A stretch of DNA of 64,000 nt, taken from positions 108,140-172,139 of the forward strand of contig JBGQGB010000002.1 in NCBI GenBank assembly GCA_041497195.1, written 5' to 3'. Shown here piece after piece: positions 36,998 to 46,497 of the stretch. This DNA comes from Candidatus Doudnabacteria bacterium. GTDB taxonomy: Bacteria; Patescibacteriota; Doudnabacteria; UBA920; 2-01-FULL-46-14. The position numbers were made by a program, and so were the translations under genes. Within the stretch, counting starts at the first letter, position 1. The number at the start of each line of letters is the position of its first letter. Under the pieces are notes generated by a model. It saw only the letters and a list, made by a program, of their open reading frames with translations, made no database searches and had not been told where the DNA came from.

Positions 36998-37918
36998 TTG
37001 ATCTACATGACTGAGCCAAAATCCGTTTCAAATTCTGTTCACCGAGGGCGCCACTTTGTCATAGTTGTTTTGTTGGGATTGCTCGCTGTTTTTTTGGCGC
37101 TCGCTCTGTTTACAGTTGGCGTTTATAGACTGGGATGGGACAATTTTTTCACTCGCGCTGTCGCGAAAACGATTCCTCTGCCTGCAGCTTTTGTGAGTGG
37201 GCATGCGATTTATCTGTCGCAGGTTTACGAGCGACTGGGGATGGCAGAAAAGCTGGCCGCAAACCCTGTTCCTACCAAACACGAGCGACAACAAGCCATC
37301 ATGAACAGTTTGATTGACGAACAGATCATCGCTGACCTTGCCCGCAAGTTGGGCATAGTCGTGACTGAAGATGACCTATCCAGGTACTACCAATATGTTT
37401 TGGCCGAAGTCAATCTGAAACCACAAGATGCTGCGGCCGAAATAAAAAAATCTTTTGGGGTGTCTGAGGCAGTATTTCAAACCCAGATCGTTCTCCCGGA
37501 TCTGCGGAGGGCAAAACTGGTCAGCGCCTTTCTCGAGGGGTCTCACGACTCAGCCGGATACCAAGCGGCTGTCGCGGCCGGGCAAGACCTATCCAGCGGG
37601 CAGGATTTTGCGGCAATTGCTGCAAAATATAGCCAGGACGAAACCAGTAAGCATATCGGCGGGGACATTGGTTTTTTGACCAGGGATGAGTTGCCGCCGT
37701 GGGTGTCTGATCAGGTGTTTGATCTCAAGGTTGGGGAAGTGAGTGGCATTGTCGTGTCGAGCGATGGCTATCATATTTATCAGGTGCGAGTGCGTGATGA
37801 CCGCAGCAATCCTGGCAGGCTGCAGCTGCGGCAGATTTTTCTGAAAGGCCCGTCATTTGACGAATTTTTGCAGAAGCAGCGCCAGAATTACCGGGTGTAT
37901 GTTTTTGATAAGATATAA
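36998..37918 (+). CDS. Membrane-anchored parvulin-type peptidyl-prolyl isomerase (PrsA/SurA-like)
   Basis: N-terminal TM, and a C-terminal parvulin domain (GGDIGFLTRDELPPWVSDQVFDLKVGEVSGIVVSSDGYHIYQV). Confidence 0.65.
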   Translation: MIYMTEPKSVSNSVHRGRHFVIVVLLGLLAVFLALALFTVGVYRLGWDNFFTRAVAKTIPLPAAFVSGHAIYLSQVYERLGMAEKLAANPVPTKHERQQAIMNSLIDEQIIADLARKLGIVVTEDDLSRYYQYVLAEVNLKPQDAAAEIKKSFGVSEAVFQTQIVLPDLRRAKLVSAFLEGSHDSAGYQAAVAAGQDLSSGQDFAAIAAKYSQDETSKHIGGDIGFLTRDELPPWVSDQVFDLKVGEVSGIVVSSDGYHIYQVRVRDDRSNPGRLQLRQIFLKGPSFDEFLQKQRQNYRVYVFDKI

Positions 37919-37969
37919 TATAATCTGTAAGGGTTCCATCATAAGAAGCGTAACCTCAAACTGCGACGT

Positions 37970-38040
37970 GCGGGTGTAGTACAATGGTAGTACGGTAGCT
38001 TCCCAAGCTATAGACGAGGGTTCGATTCCCTTCACCCGCT
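37970..38040 (+). tRNA. tRNA-Gly (anticodon CCC)
   Basis: Hand-folded cloverleaf: acceptor GCGGGTG/CACCCGC, anticodon loop TTCCCAA, T-loop TTCGATT. 71 nt. Confidence 0.8.
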
Positions 38041-38148
38041 GAGATTTTGACAGGCGGGGATTCTCGTATCACGTTCCAGAGCCCGGGGTTTAGCGGCCAA
38101 AATTACATTCCACGGTTTAACATTTCACACCGCGACTTTTAAGATTGC

Positions 38149-38775
38149 ATGAATACAATAGAAAATAAAAAATTAAATGATGCCACCTTTCCAGAATTAG
38201 CAGCTGAAGCTGACAATGGTAGGAGAGGTCAGGGTGCGGTTGTAGAAGTGATCGGGCGACTTAAATTGGCCATTGAAAATTTAGATGATTCAACAACCAG
38301 GTTGAGCCGTTGGTTGGTATTTTATACAATCGTTTTAGTTATTTTAACCGCTGTGCTAGTCACGTTTGGCTGGTATCAAATAAAAGGACTCAAAACTCAA
38401 ATAGCTGATTCAGAGAAGGCAACCTCGGAGCAGTTGACGGAAGATTTTAACCGGGACATCAGTAATGGCACCAACACAGCAATTATTTCCGCGATAGACG
38501 AAAGCAGGCCAATTCGCAAAGAAAAGGGCGGAAATTTTACTGATTTCCAGTTAGATAATTACTTAGGGGTGTACGAGATTATGGATGGGGCTTATGCAAA
38601 TAAAATAATATCTAAGGATGATTTTTGCGCGCAATTTGAGTTTTACATAAGCGGAGCAAACCAGAACCAAGAAGTTAACAATTATATCAACGAGCAAAGG
38701 AAAATTTACAAGCAGCCGGGTATATTTGGTGGTTTTAAGGATTTAGCAACGCGAGCAGAACAAGATTGTAAATAG
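38149..38775 (+). CDS. Hypothetical single-pass membrane protein (AT-rich gene)
   Basis: One TM (WLVFYTIVLVILTAVLVTFGWY). GC clearly lower than flanks. No motif. Confidence 0.45.
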   Translation: MNTIENKKLNDATFPELAAEADNGRRGQGAVVEVIGRLKLAIENLDDSTTRLSRWLVFYTIVLVILTAVLVTFGWYQIKGLKTQIADSEKATSEQLTEDFNRDISNGTNTAIISAIDESRPIRKEKGGNFTDFQLDNYLGVYEIMDGAYANKIISKDDFCAQFEFYISGANQNQEVNNYINEQRKIYKQPGIFGGFKDLATRAEQDCK

Positions 38776-38823
38776 TTTAAGAAAATAGTGAATCAAATCA
38801 GTTTTAATTTCATAAGTACTTAA

Positions 38824-39098
38824 AACAAATCGAAAAAAATAACAATACCAAAATTCGCTCCGAAGGCCGCAGGTCTATTGTAAAGGCCATCACTTATCGC
38901 ACGGTGGTCCTTTTGTCTGATGCAGTTGTGATTTATCTGTTCACGCGCCGCTATGACCTCACTATCGGCCTGATTGTTGCCACCAACCTCGCAAGTACGA
39001 TTTTGTATTTCATGCACGAGCGAGTTTGGGATCAGGTCCAGTGGGGCAGGAAACAAGTGGGGGATGGCTCGGACCACACCCCGGAATTGGGCGGTTGA
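38824..39098 (+). CDS. DUF2061-like small membrane protein; no canonical start codon
   Basis: RRSIVKAITYRTVVLLSDAVVIYLFT…YFMHERVWD matches the DUF2061 pattern. The frame opens at 38824 but the first canonical start (GTG 38904) lies inside the conserved region. Confidence 0.4.
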
Positions 39099-39125
39099 GT
39101 CTCTAATCCGCTAGAGAAAAAATCT

Positions 39126-39473
39126 ATGTTTAAATTGTTTGGAGTGCTAATCTTGGTAGCTGGCGAAGCCACGGCTATTTATGCCGAGATGATTGCGGCC
39201 AGAAATTTCGGCACAGTAGACAGGCCGTTTTTGCAGGTCTTCCTGAAAGTTTTTTTGATCATGGTTTTGGCGGCAGGGATTCTGATGACAGGCTATATGC
39301 TCAATTATCGCTCGTTCAAGAACATTTGGGTCGTCAGTGTTATATCCATCACCTCGATTCTTTTTTTGGAACCCCTTCTGGCCTATACGCTTTTTCGTCA
39401 GTTGCCCACGCGCGGAGCGCTCATCGGTCTGGTCCTGGGCGCTTTGGGCTTTATCGCGACGATATTTTTTTAG
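39126..39473 (+). CDS. Hypothetical 4-TM membrane protein
   Basis: Four hydrophobic helices; no motif. Confidence 0.4.
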   Translation: MFKLFGVLILVAGEATAIYAEMIAARNFGTVDRPFLQVFLKVFLIMVLAAGILMTGYMLNYRSFKNIWVVSVISITSILFLEPLLAYTLFRQLPTRGALIGLVLGALGFIATIFF

Positions 39474-39590
39474 AAATTTAGCAAGTTTTGGAGAAGACTT
39501 GGAAAGAGACTGTTTTTTATTTGTCGCATTGTAATTGCAATAGAGTCTTTTTTTGTTTATACTGTAATGTCGTATGCTAAAGGAGGCATC

Positions 39591-39929
39591 ATGGCGAGAA
39601 AACGGAAGCCAAATTTGCGCAAAAAACGAAAGGTCAATCTCTATGTTTACTATAACTATGACGTTGGTGGGGGAGGACTCCCTTTCGGACACCAGAGAGA
39701 ATTCAGAGTTGAGTTAGAAATAGCAAAAGTGACTCTGGTAAGGCATCGGGCGGAAGCCAGAGAATTGAAGTCGTTAGTCGAAAAGCGCGGTGCTCCGATT
39801 GGGAAAAGAAAGTCTTTCCCCCGAGACAAGGGCTATTCACCTTCGAGTTATTCGCGGCAGTACTTGCTTCCGACCAACCACACGGTTCGGTCCCTCGAAG
39901 CCCGAATTCCTTACGTGGGCGTACTCTAG
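39591..39929 (+). CDS. Hypothetical highly basic small protein
   Basis: RBS GGAGG 6 nt before ATG 39591. MARKRKPNLRKKRK… N-terminus. Confidence 0.3.
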   Translation: MARKRKPNLRKKRKVNLYVYYNYDVGGGGLPFGHQREFRVELEIAKVTLVRHRAEARELKSLVEKRGAPIGKRKSFPRDKGYSPSSYSRQYLLPTNHTVRSLEARIPYVGVL

Positions 39930-39951
39930 GCGCATCGGCAGGAGCAGCGTT

Positions 39952-39987
39952 AGAGGCGGGGCATGTCTGCACCGCCTCTTTTCATTT
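39952..39987 (+). terminator. Rho-independent terminator
   Basis: AGAGGCGG…CCGCCTCT 8-bp stem plus TTTTCATTT. Confidence 0.55.
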
Positions 39988-40183
39988 GCTGTTTGATTGT
40001 ATACTTCCGGGTAGCAAAAAACGATCTATCTCCGGGATGTTTTTTTTCCATTTACAAATCCAATTTAGTTTTCAGCTTGACAAGATAGAGCGCAAGTATA
40101 AATATAACTAGTTACCGGTTTCTATTTCTATGCTAGATTAGTTTCCAGGTTCTTTGGAAAAGTCGCAGTGGAGGGGTGATGAG

Positions 40184-41239
40184 ATGGCCAAAAAGCATGC
40201 GGTGATTTTGTGTCTGACCCTCAGCTTTCTTTTCCCTGCTCATCCTTGCGCCCAGCAGTCGGGCGGTTCGGAGAACCAGGTGATCAAGGCAGATGTCAAG
40301 TTGGTGCAAGTCCCTGTGGTGGTTTTCGGGCCGAAAGGCGAAGTAGTCATAGATCTGAAGTGTGAGAACTTTCGGCTCTATGTGGACGGAGTCGAGCAGA
40401 AGATCAGTAACTGCTTGCACGACCCGGTTCCGCTTGCCATTGCCATAGTGGTAGATTTGAGCAGCAGTATGCGGCCTTATGTGACCTTTCTCCAAGAAGC
40501 CGTCTATGAGGCATTGGATGAGCCTCAGACAGACAACCAACTCCACAGGGAAGTTTACCGGGGCGACAAATTTATGGTCATCACCTTTGCCAGCCGAGCG
40601 AGCCTCAAGATTGCGTTCACGAGCGATCGCGAGGAAGTCAAAAAACAGCTCCCGCGCGTCTTAATCGTTGACACAAAAGGAACGACTGCGCTGTATGACG
40701 CCCTATATTTGGGTGTCAAAGAGGTCCAGGCAAAAGCAGGTAACATCCGGCGTGTTGTCATAGTGGTTACGGATGGGGTGGACAATCACTCCCGGTACAA
40801 GCCCAGAGATATCAGAGCGATGTTGAAGGAGGTCAAGGACACACAGGTTTTTTCAATCACCGCGGTGTATGATTTTTTTCTCGATTTGCTCCATGCGTTC
40901 GACGGCCGTGTAAAAGTGGAGGCCGCTGAATACGAAATCAGCGAGAAGGAGCGTCAAGGCCCTAAAGTTCTCAAGAATCTCACTGAAGCGGCCGGAGGAG
41001 AAGCTTTCAATGCCTACACTCCAGGGGATATTCCGCGGATCGTGCGCAGCATTTTATATGCTGCCCGGCACGAGTATTACCTGACTTTTGTTCCAGAGGA
41101 TGAAGAATCCGGTCAGCCGGCCGACATTGACCGAACGCATAAAATCAAGGTCGTGCTAGTCCCGGAGGACAAGTATGGACGAGTCAAGGGTTATCAAGTG
41201 ATTCCAGGCAGGCGCAGTTATTATCGACCAGGCAAGTAG
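40184..41239 (+). CDS. Secreted von Willebrand factor type A (VWA) domain protein
   Basis: Signal-peptide-like N-terminus, MIDAS DxSxS (VVDLSSSM), TALYDAL, VIVVTDGVDN. Confidence 0.7.
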   Translation: MAKKHAVILCLTLSFLFPAHPCAQQSGGSENQVIKADVKLVQVPVVVFGPKGEVVIDLKCENFRLYVDGVEQKISNCLHDPVPLAIAIVVDLSSSMRPYVTFLQEAVYEALDEPQTDNQLHREVYRGDKFMVITFASRASLKIAFTSDREEVKKQLPRVLIVDTKGTTALYDALYLGVKEVQAKAGNIRRVVIVVTDGVDNHSRYKPRDIRAMLKEVKDTQVFSITAVYDFFLDLLHAFDGRVKVEAAEYEISEKERQGPKVLKNLTEAAGGEAFNAYTPGDIPRIVRSILYAARHEYYLTFVPEDEESGQPADIDRTHKIKVVLVPEDKYGRVKGYQVIPGRRSYYRPGK

Positions 41240-41311
41240 ATGACACGATTTTCAGCAGGCTGGGATGTGGGCTTTTCGCCACTCCCAGCCTATTTTAATT
41301 TTCAAATCAAA

Positions 41312-41345
41312 AAACACCCTCAGTGAGAGGGCGTTTTCCGTTTGA
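41312..41345. terminator. Bidirectional terminator between convergent genes
   Basis: CACCCTC-AGTGAG-AGGGCG with a flanking A-run and T-run. Confidence 0.5.
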
Positions 41346-41359
41346 TTGGTTCTTGGGAT

Positions 41360-42121
41360 TTAGTTTAGCTCAAAAGTGACATTTACGTCAACTATGACGT
41401 CTTGCGAGCCAGGCTGGACCGGGGAGGGCACGCTGCCCCCACCGCCGAAACCGATGGCTTTCGTATCAGCTGCGTAGGGGATGGGCCCGGGGTAGCCGGT
41501 GTTTTCGGAAAAATTAACGACTTTGCCAAGCTTAACTCCCAGGGAATTGGCGAGGTCCTGGGCTTTGGCCTTGGCTTTCTGAATAGCTTGCTCGCGGGCC
41601 TGGGCTTTGATGGCATCCGGGTCATCAATGAAATAGGAGAGTGCATCAATTTGGTTGACCCCTTTGCCGGTGAGGCCGCCGACCAGCTGCCCGGCCTGGT
41701 CGAGTTTTCTGACTTTGACCGTGACGTTTTGATTGAGGGTGTAGCCGACGATGGTTTGTTGTTCAATGCTAGTCGGTTTTGAGTAGTCGTACTGCGGGTA
41801 GAGATTGTAGTTTGAGGTCTGAATGTCTTTGGTCTCGATCCCGAAAGTCTTCAAATAGGCTATCACTGTGGCCATTTTCTGATCATTGGTTTTCTGTACC
41901 TCGGCCGCAGTTTTCCCGCTGGTCACCACTGAAAAAGACGCCGAGGCCGTATCGGGCTGGGCTGAGACCTTGCCTTCTGCCGTCATATTGATGGTGCGAA
42001 TTTTACTGATGTCCACTTGCTGAGGCCAGGTGTTGCGGATGAGCAAGCCGACAAAAGCGATTAAAAGTAGACCTAGTAGAGAGCCCAATATCGCAAGCGC
42101 GTTTTTGAGATTGTTGTTCAT
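41360..42121 (-). CDS. SIMPL-domain (DUF541, YggE-like) periplasmic protein
   Basis: N-terminal TM anchor and a size/charge pattern like the SIMPL family (…TSNYNLYPQYDY…); recalled family-level similarity. Confidence 0.6.
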   Translation of the reverse strand: MNNNLKNALAILGSLLGLLLIAFVGLLIRNTWPQQVDISKIRTINMTAEGKVSAQPDTASASFSVVTSGKTAAEVQKTNDQKMATVIAYLKTFGIETKDIQTSNYNLYPQYDYSKPTSIEQQTIVGYTLNQNVTVKVRKLDQAGQLVGGLTGKGVNQIDALSYFIDDPDAIKAQAREQAIQKAKAKAQDLANSLGVKLGKVVNFSENTGYPGPIPYAADTKAIGFGGGGSVPSPVQPGSQDVIVDVNVTFELN

Positions 42122-42315
42122 AGGTTAATCTTAATAATTCTAGGTTCATAATACCAGTCCTGTGGGAAAGGGCAAATCAAAGAGCAGTCTGAAAATGTCC
42201 TGCGACCCATATCAAATGCTTCTCTGATATTTCGTTGTTTTTCCTCACATTTGTTGGTATCATAATGCCACTTGCCGACCTAGCTCAATTGGCAGACCTG
42301 CCCGCCCTCGCCCAA

Positions 42316-42388
42316 GCCCACGTAGCTCAATTGGTAGAGCAACGGTATCGTAAACCGTAGGTTCTCGGTTCAATTCCGAGCGTGGGCT
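42316..42388 (+). tRNA. tRNA-Thr (anticodon CGT)
   Basis: Hand-folded: acceptor GCCCACG/CGTGGGC, anticodon stem ACGGT/ACCGT, loop ATCGTAA. 73 nt. Confidence 0.8.
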
Positions 42389-42607
42389 CGGGCGTAGGCA
42401 GGCGGGGCAGCACCTTTCCGCCAAAGGCGGATAAACTTCAAGCGAAGGTCGTCACGAACGTTAGTCGGGACCATCGGCTTTGAAAAAAACGAAGAGAGCA
42501 AACCCCGCAGGTTCAGGCAAAAATAGGTCCTGGTGTCAAGCCCCCAATGTCTTGACACCAAGCGCTCAAACAAGAGAAAATTCAGGTGGTATGATCCTTC
42601 AAAAGCT

Positions 42608-42635
42608 TTGCAAATAAGGCTTTTTTTGTTATAAT
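42608..42635 (+). promoter_or_regulatory. Promoter TTGCAA-16-TATAAT for the atp operon
   Basis: TTGCAA at 42608-42613, TATAAT at 42630-42635. Confidence 0.45.
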
Positions 42636-42649
42636 TAGCCTCAAGAACC

Positions 42650-42892
42650 ATGGAAGACATTCAAAAAGACGGGAAACAAAAAACAGGCCTAAATAAATCA
42701 GCTCTGGTCTCGATTGCTTTTGAGCTCGGGTTCATTATCGCGCTTCCAGTCCTGGTATTTGGGTTTTTGGGCAAGTGGCTGGACCAAAAAGCCGGCACCT
42801 ACCCGATCTTGACCCTGGTGGGGATTCTCGGAGCAATCACTATGACGAGCATTTGGATCTACCGAAAGTTTAGAGTTTATGTACAAAAATAA
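42650..42892 (+). CDS. AtpZ/AtpI-like small membrane protein at the head of the atp operon
   Basis: Two TM helices with G..G.WLD pattern (LGFIIALPVLVFGFLGKWLDQKAGTYP). Confidence 0.5.
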   Translation: MEDIQKDGKQKTGLNKSALVSIAFELGFIIALPVLVFGFLGKWLDQKAGTYPILTLVGILGAITMTSIWIYRKFRVYVQK

Positions 42893-43693
42893 ATGTTGAC
42901 TATTCCGCCCTTGGCGGCTGAGACAATTTTCAAAATCGGTTCGTTTCCGATTACCAATACCTACATCAATTCCACGATTGTGCTGGTGCTGTTTTTGATT
43001 TTGGGTTTGCTGATGCGAAAAAAGTCAGCCGAGATTCCGGGCAAGCTGCAAAATTTTATGGAAAGTATCTTCGAAGTTTGCTTGAAATATGTGGACCAGG
43101 TCACACACGATCGCAAGAAGTCTCTCCGTTTTCTCCCACTCGTCGGTTCGCTGTTTTTCTTTATCCTGCTTTCCAACTGGTTTGGCATCCTCCCAGGCGT
43201 GGGCTCCATTGGCCGGTATATCACTGAAGCGGGCCATACGGAATTTGTGCCCTTGTTTCGCCCTGCCAACACTGACCTTAATACGACACTTGCGATGGCC
43301 GCCCTGGGCGTGGTCGCGAGCCATATCTTCGGTATCATCGCCATCGGTTTTTGGAAATATGCCAACAAGTTCATCAAGCTTGGAGACATCTGGACAAGCT
43401 TTCGCCACGGCGGGGTCAGTATTTTTGTATCCTTCGTCGAGTTTGGCGTCGGGATTATCGAGATTTTTTCGGAAATCGCCAAAGTCGTATCCCTGTCGTT
43501 GCGGTTGTTCGGCAATGTTTTTGCGGGCGAGGTCCTGCTGTCGGTATTGGCGAGTCTGATTGCCTTGGTGGTGCCATTGCCGTTTATAGCACTTGAGGTT
43601 TTGATTGGGTTTATCCAAGCCCTGGTGTTTTCGATGCTGGTCTTGGTCTACCTGACAGTGGCGACCATGGAAGTGGAAGAAGCTCATCATTAG
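42893..43693 (+). CDS. atpB: F0F1 ATP synthase subunit a
   Basis: Conserved …SLSLRLFGNVFAGEVLL… Arg-containing helix. Confidence 0.9.
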   Translation: MLTIPPLAAETIFKIGSFPITNTYINSTIVLVLFLILGLLMRKKSAEIPGKLQNFMESIFEVCLKYVDQVTHDRKKSLRFLPLVGSLFFFILLSNWFGILPGVGSIGRYITEAGHTEFVPLFRPANTDLNTTLAMAALGVVASHIFGIIAIGFWKYANKFIKLGDIWTSFRHGGVSIFVSFVEFGVGIIEIFSEIAKVVSLSLRLFGNVFAGEVLLSVLASLIALVVPLPFIALEVLIGFIQALVFSMLVLVYLTVATMEVEEAHH

Positions 43694-43782
43694 TTTGATA
43701 ATTAATTATTTTAATTCTCAACCGACGCAATAAACCAAAAACCATAAAACCGTCGAGTATGAGAAAAAGAAAGGAATAAAAA

Positions 43783-44004
43783 ATGCTAGATGCACAAACG
43801 ACTGCGACTATCGTCAAAGGCATGACTATTGCCATTGGCGGAATAGCACCGGCCATCGCCATCGGCAAAACCGCCAGCAAGGCCATGGAGTCCATCGGCC
43901 GCAACCCGGAATCAGCGGACAAGATTTTTGTCCCGATGTTGCTGGGTATGGCCTTCGCGGAAGCTATCGCCATTTACGCCCTGGTCATTACGTTCATTCT
44001 CTAA
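43783..44004 (+). CDS. atpE: F0F1 ATP synthase subunit c
   Basis: Hairpin proteolipid with GRNPE loop and a carboxylate in helix 2 (…GMAFAEAIAIYALV). Confidence 0.9.
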   Translation: MLDAQTTATIVKGMTIAIGGIAPAIAIGKTASKAMESIGRNPESADKIFVPMLLGMAFAEAIAIYALVITFIL

Positions 44005-44007
44005 ACG

Positions 44008-44562
44008 ATGATTTTACACCACCTCATTGTTTTTGCCGCCGCGGAAACGGCTCAGACCGGAAGCCAGCCCAGTTTCTTGGCGACTCTCGGGATCAACTGG
44101 AAATTGTTTCTGGCCCAGCTGGTGAATTTTGCAATCGTGATTTTTGTCCTGTGGCGCTGGGTGATGAAACCAGTCGTCGGTGCTTTGGAAGCGCGGCGGC
44201 AAAAAATTGAGGATTCGGTGCGGCAAGCCCAAGAAATAGAAACAAGGATGAAAGCGTTTGAAACCGAACGCGACCAGAAGTTTCAGCTAGCGCGCGTAGA
44301 AGCGGAAGCAATCCTGAAAAAAGCGACCGCGTCGGCTGACAGCGCTCGCCAGGAAATAACTTTGCAGGCGCGCGCGGAAGCAGAACGTATTTTGGCCGCT
44401 GCCAAGGCGGCGATTGAGGCAGACAAGCAGCAGATGTTGTCGGAGATCCGCGAGGAGGTGGCGAGTTTTACGGTCATGGCGACTGAGAAAATTTTACGAG
44501 AAAAATTGGGCAGTCAAAAGGATAAAGAATTGATTCAGGAGGTTTTCAAATCGCTGAAATGA
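44008..44562 (+). CDS. atpF: F0F1 ATP synthase subunit b
   Basis: Single TM then a long charged coiled coil. True start may be downstream (TTG near 44075). Confidence 0.8.
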   Translation: MILHHLIVFAAAETAQTGSQPSFLATLGINWKLFLAQLVNFAIVIFVLWRWVMKPVVGALEARRQKIEDSVRQAQEIETRMKAFETERDQKFQLARVEAEAILKKATASADSARQEITLQARAEAERILAAAKAAIEADKQQMLSEIREEVASFTVMATEKILREKLGSQKDKELIQEVFKSLK

Positions 44563-44957
44563 AATACACTACCTCACAATACGCAATGGCGCTGCATCAG
44601 GCTATAGCGGAAACAAAACCCATTGACCAGGAGAAAGTTTTGGACAATTTCGTCTCAGTTTTGAAAAAAAACGGCGATCTCGCCAAGATTGATGAGATTG
44701 AGAGAGAATTTTTTAAATACGAGCGTGAAGCCAAAGGTATCAAGCTGGCGGAAGTGACCACCGCGAAGCGGCTTTCCGGCAGCGATGAGGAGAAACTTAT
44801 AAAAGATTTAAACGAGTATGTAAGCGGGCAGGTGGAACTGAAGACAAAGGTGGATGAAGGTCTGGTTGGTGGCATTGTCATCCGCCTCGGGGATGAGATG
44901 ATTGACGGCTCAGTCAGAAAGAGCCTGCGCGAGTTAAAAAACGAGCTTATTAAATAA
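44559..44957 (+). CDS. atpH: F0F1 ATP synthase subunit delta (short form)
   Basis: C-terminal LVGGIVIRLGDEMIDGSVRKSL is the OSCP/delta signature. 132 aa versus about 180 typical. Confidence 0.75.
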   Translation: MKYTTSQYAMALHQAIAETKPIDQEKVLDNFVSVLKKNGDLAKIDEIEREFFKYEREAKGIKLAEVTTAKRLSGSDEEKLIKDLNEYVSGQVELKTKVDEGLVGGIVIRLGDEMIDGSVRKSLRELKNELIK

Positions 44958-44984
44958 TTTTTTTTGGAAGAAAGATCTATACAG

Positions 44985-46493
44985 ATGAAAGCAGACAAAA
45001 TCATTGAAGATCTGAAAAGCCGCATTGCGGGATTTGCGCCGTCCGTTAAAGTGGAGAAGGTTGGTGAGATCCTCGACATGGGTGACGGCGTGGCGCGAGT
45101 CTCCGGCCTCACTCAGATCACAGCGCAGGAGATGGTTGAAATCGAAACCGCAGAAGGCAGGGTTTTGGGTGTAGCTTTCAACCTGCAGGACACACAGGTT
45201 GGGGTCGTCGTCTTTGGCAATCAGGAACACATTAAAGAAGGAAATTTGGTTCACGCTACGGGCCGGATTTTGTCCGTGCCTGTGGGCGAGGGGATTGTCG
45301 GACGGGTGGTGAATGCTTTGGGCGAGCCTGTGGACGGCAAAGGGGCGATCAAATCCTCCAAATTTTACCCGGTGGAAAAAATTGCGCCTGGGGTCATCAC
45401 CCGGGAGTCCGTGCGCCAGCCTGTCCAGACCGGCATAAAAGCGATTGACGCGATGATCCCGATCGGCCGCGGTCAGCGGGAACTGATCATTGGCGATCGG
45501 CAAACTGGCAAAACTGCCATAGCCATCGATGCAATCATCAATCAAAAAGGTCAGAATATGATTTGCATTTATGTGGCCATCGGGCAAAAAGAGTCGAAGA
45601 TCGCCAAGATCGTCAAAGAACTCGAAAAGCGCGGGGCCATGGAATACACGAGCGTGGTTTTGGCCGGCGCCGCGGAGCCGGCGGCCATGTCTTACATAGC
45701 GCCATATGCCGGGTGCGCCATGGGGGAATACTTTATGGATCAGGGCAAAGACGTTTTGGTGATTTACGACGATTTGTCCAAGCACGCAGTAGCTTATCGC
45801 GAGATTTCCTTGCTCTTGCGGCGGCCGCCGGGACGCGAAGCTTATCCAGGGGACGTTTTTTATCTCCATTCCAGGCTTCTGGAACGCGCGGCCAAATTGA
45901 ACAAGGATTTTGGCGGCGGTAGTCTCACGGCTTTGCCCATCATTGAGACCCAGGCCGGGGACAATTCGGCGTATATCCCGACCAATGTCATTTCTATCAC
46001 AGACGGGCAAATATATCTGGAAACCGATTTGTTTTACCAGGGCATCCGGCCAGCGCTCAACGTTGGTCTATCAGTATCGCGTGTCGGTTCGTCCGCGCAA
46101 ATCAAGGCGATGAAAAAGGTCGCCGGCAAACTGCGTCTCGACCTCGCCCAATATCGCTCGATGGAAGCGTTTGCTCAGTTTGCCTCGGATCTCGACGAAG
46201 CGACCAGACATCAGATCGAGCGCGGCCGTCGCGTCACCGAAGTCCTCAAGCAGCCCCAGTATATGCCCGTCCCTGTCGAAAATCAGGTTGCCATCATTTA
46301 TGCTGTGACCAACGGATATCTCGACGATGTGCCAGTGGAAAAAATTAGCGAATTCGAAATGCGTTTTCAGGAATATCTCAAGGCCAATGGCCGCGATTTG
46401 CTCAATCATATTCGGGTGAAAAAAGAGTTGGAAGGGGAGATGGAAGAAAAGCTCAAGCGCCTCGTCGAAGAATTCAAAAAACTTTTTAGATAA
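44985..46493 (+). CDS. atpA: F0F1 ATP synthase subunit alpha
   Basis: Walker A GDRQTGKT and alpha-specific blocks. Confidence 0.9.
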   Translation: MKADKIIEDLKSRIAGFAPSVKVEKVGEILDMGDGVARVSGLTQITAQEMVEIETAEGRVLGVAFNLQDTQVGVVVFGNQEHIKEGNLVHATGRILSVPVGEGIVGRVVNALGEPVDGKGAIKSSKFYPVEKIAPGVITRESVRQPVQTGIKAIDAMIPIGRGQRELIIGDRQTGKTAIAIDAIINQKGQNMICIYVAIGQKESKIAKIVKELEKRGAMEYTSVVLAGAAEPAAMSYIAPYAGCAMGEYFMDQGKDVLVIYDDLSKHAVAYREISLLLRRPPGREAYPGDVFYLHSRLLERAAKLNKDFGGGSLTALPIIETQAGDNSAYIPTNVISITDGQIYLETDLFYQGIRPALNVGLSVSRVGSSAQIKAMKKVAGKLRLDLAQYRSMEAFAQFASDLDEATRHQIERGRRVTEVLKQPQYMPVPVENQVAIIYAVTNGYLDDVPVEKISEFEMRFQEYLKANGRDLLNHIRVKKELEGEMEEKLKRLVEEFKKLFR

Positions 46494-46497
46494 ATCT

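Noticed and set aside
39147-39692. 181-aa minus-strand ORF
   Set aside because: Antisense to two plus-strand membrane and basic-protein ORFs. Low-complexity translation; judged spurious, though none of the ORFs here is strongly supported.
42389-42600. Possibility that the structured non-coding stretch is RNase P RNA, tmRNA or SRP RNA
   Set aside because: None of the universally conserved blocks (RNase P P4 AGGAAAGTCCGGGCTCC, tmRNA 5' GGGG… tag template, SRP AGGTCCGGAAGGAAGCAGC) could be found by eye. It remains unassigned rather than called.
42370-42660. 96-aa minus-strand ORF
   Set aside because: It overlaps tRNA-Thr and the structured non-coding region. Its composition is not protein-like.
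43025-43690. 221-aa minus-strand ORF over atpB
   Set aside because: Antisense to ATP synthase subunit a. His/Gln-rich nonsense translation.
44934-46010. 358-aa minus-strand ORF over atpA
   Set aside because: Antisense to the ATP synthase alpha subunit, whose identity is unambiguous.
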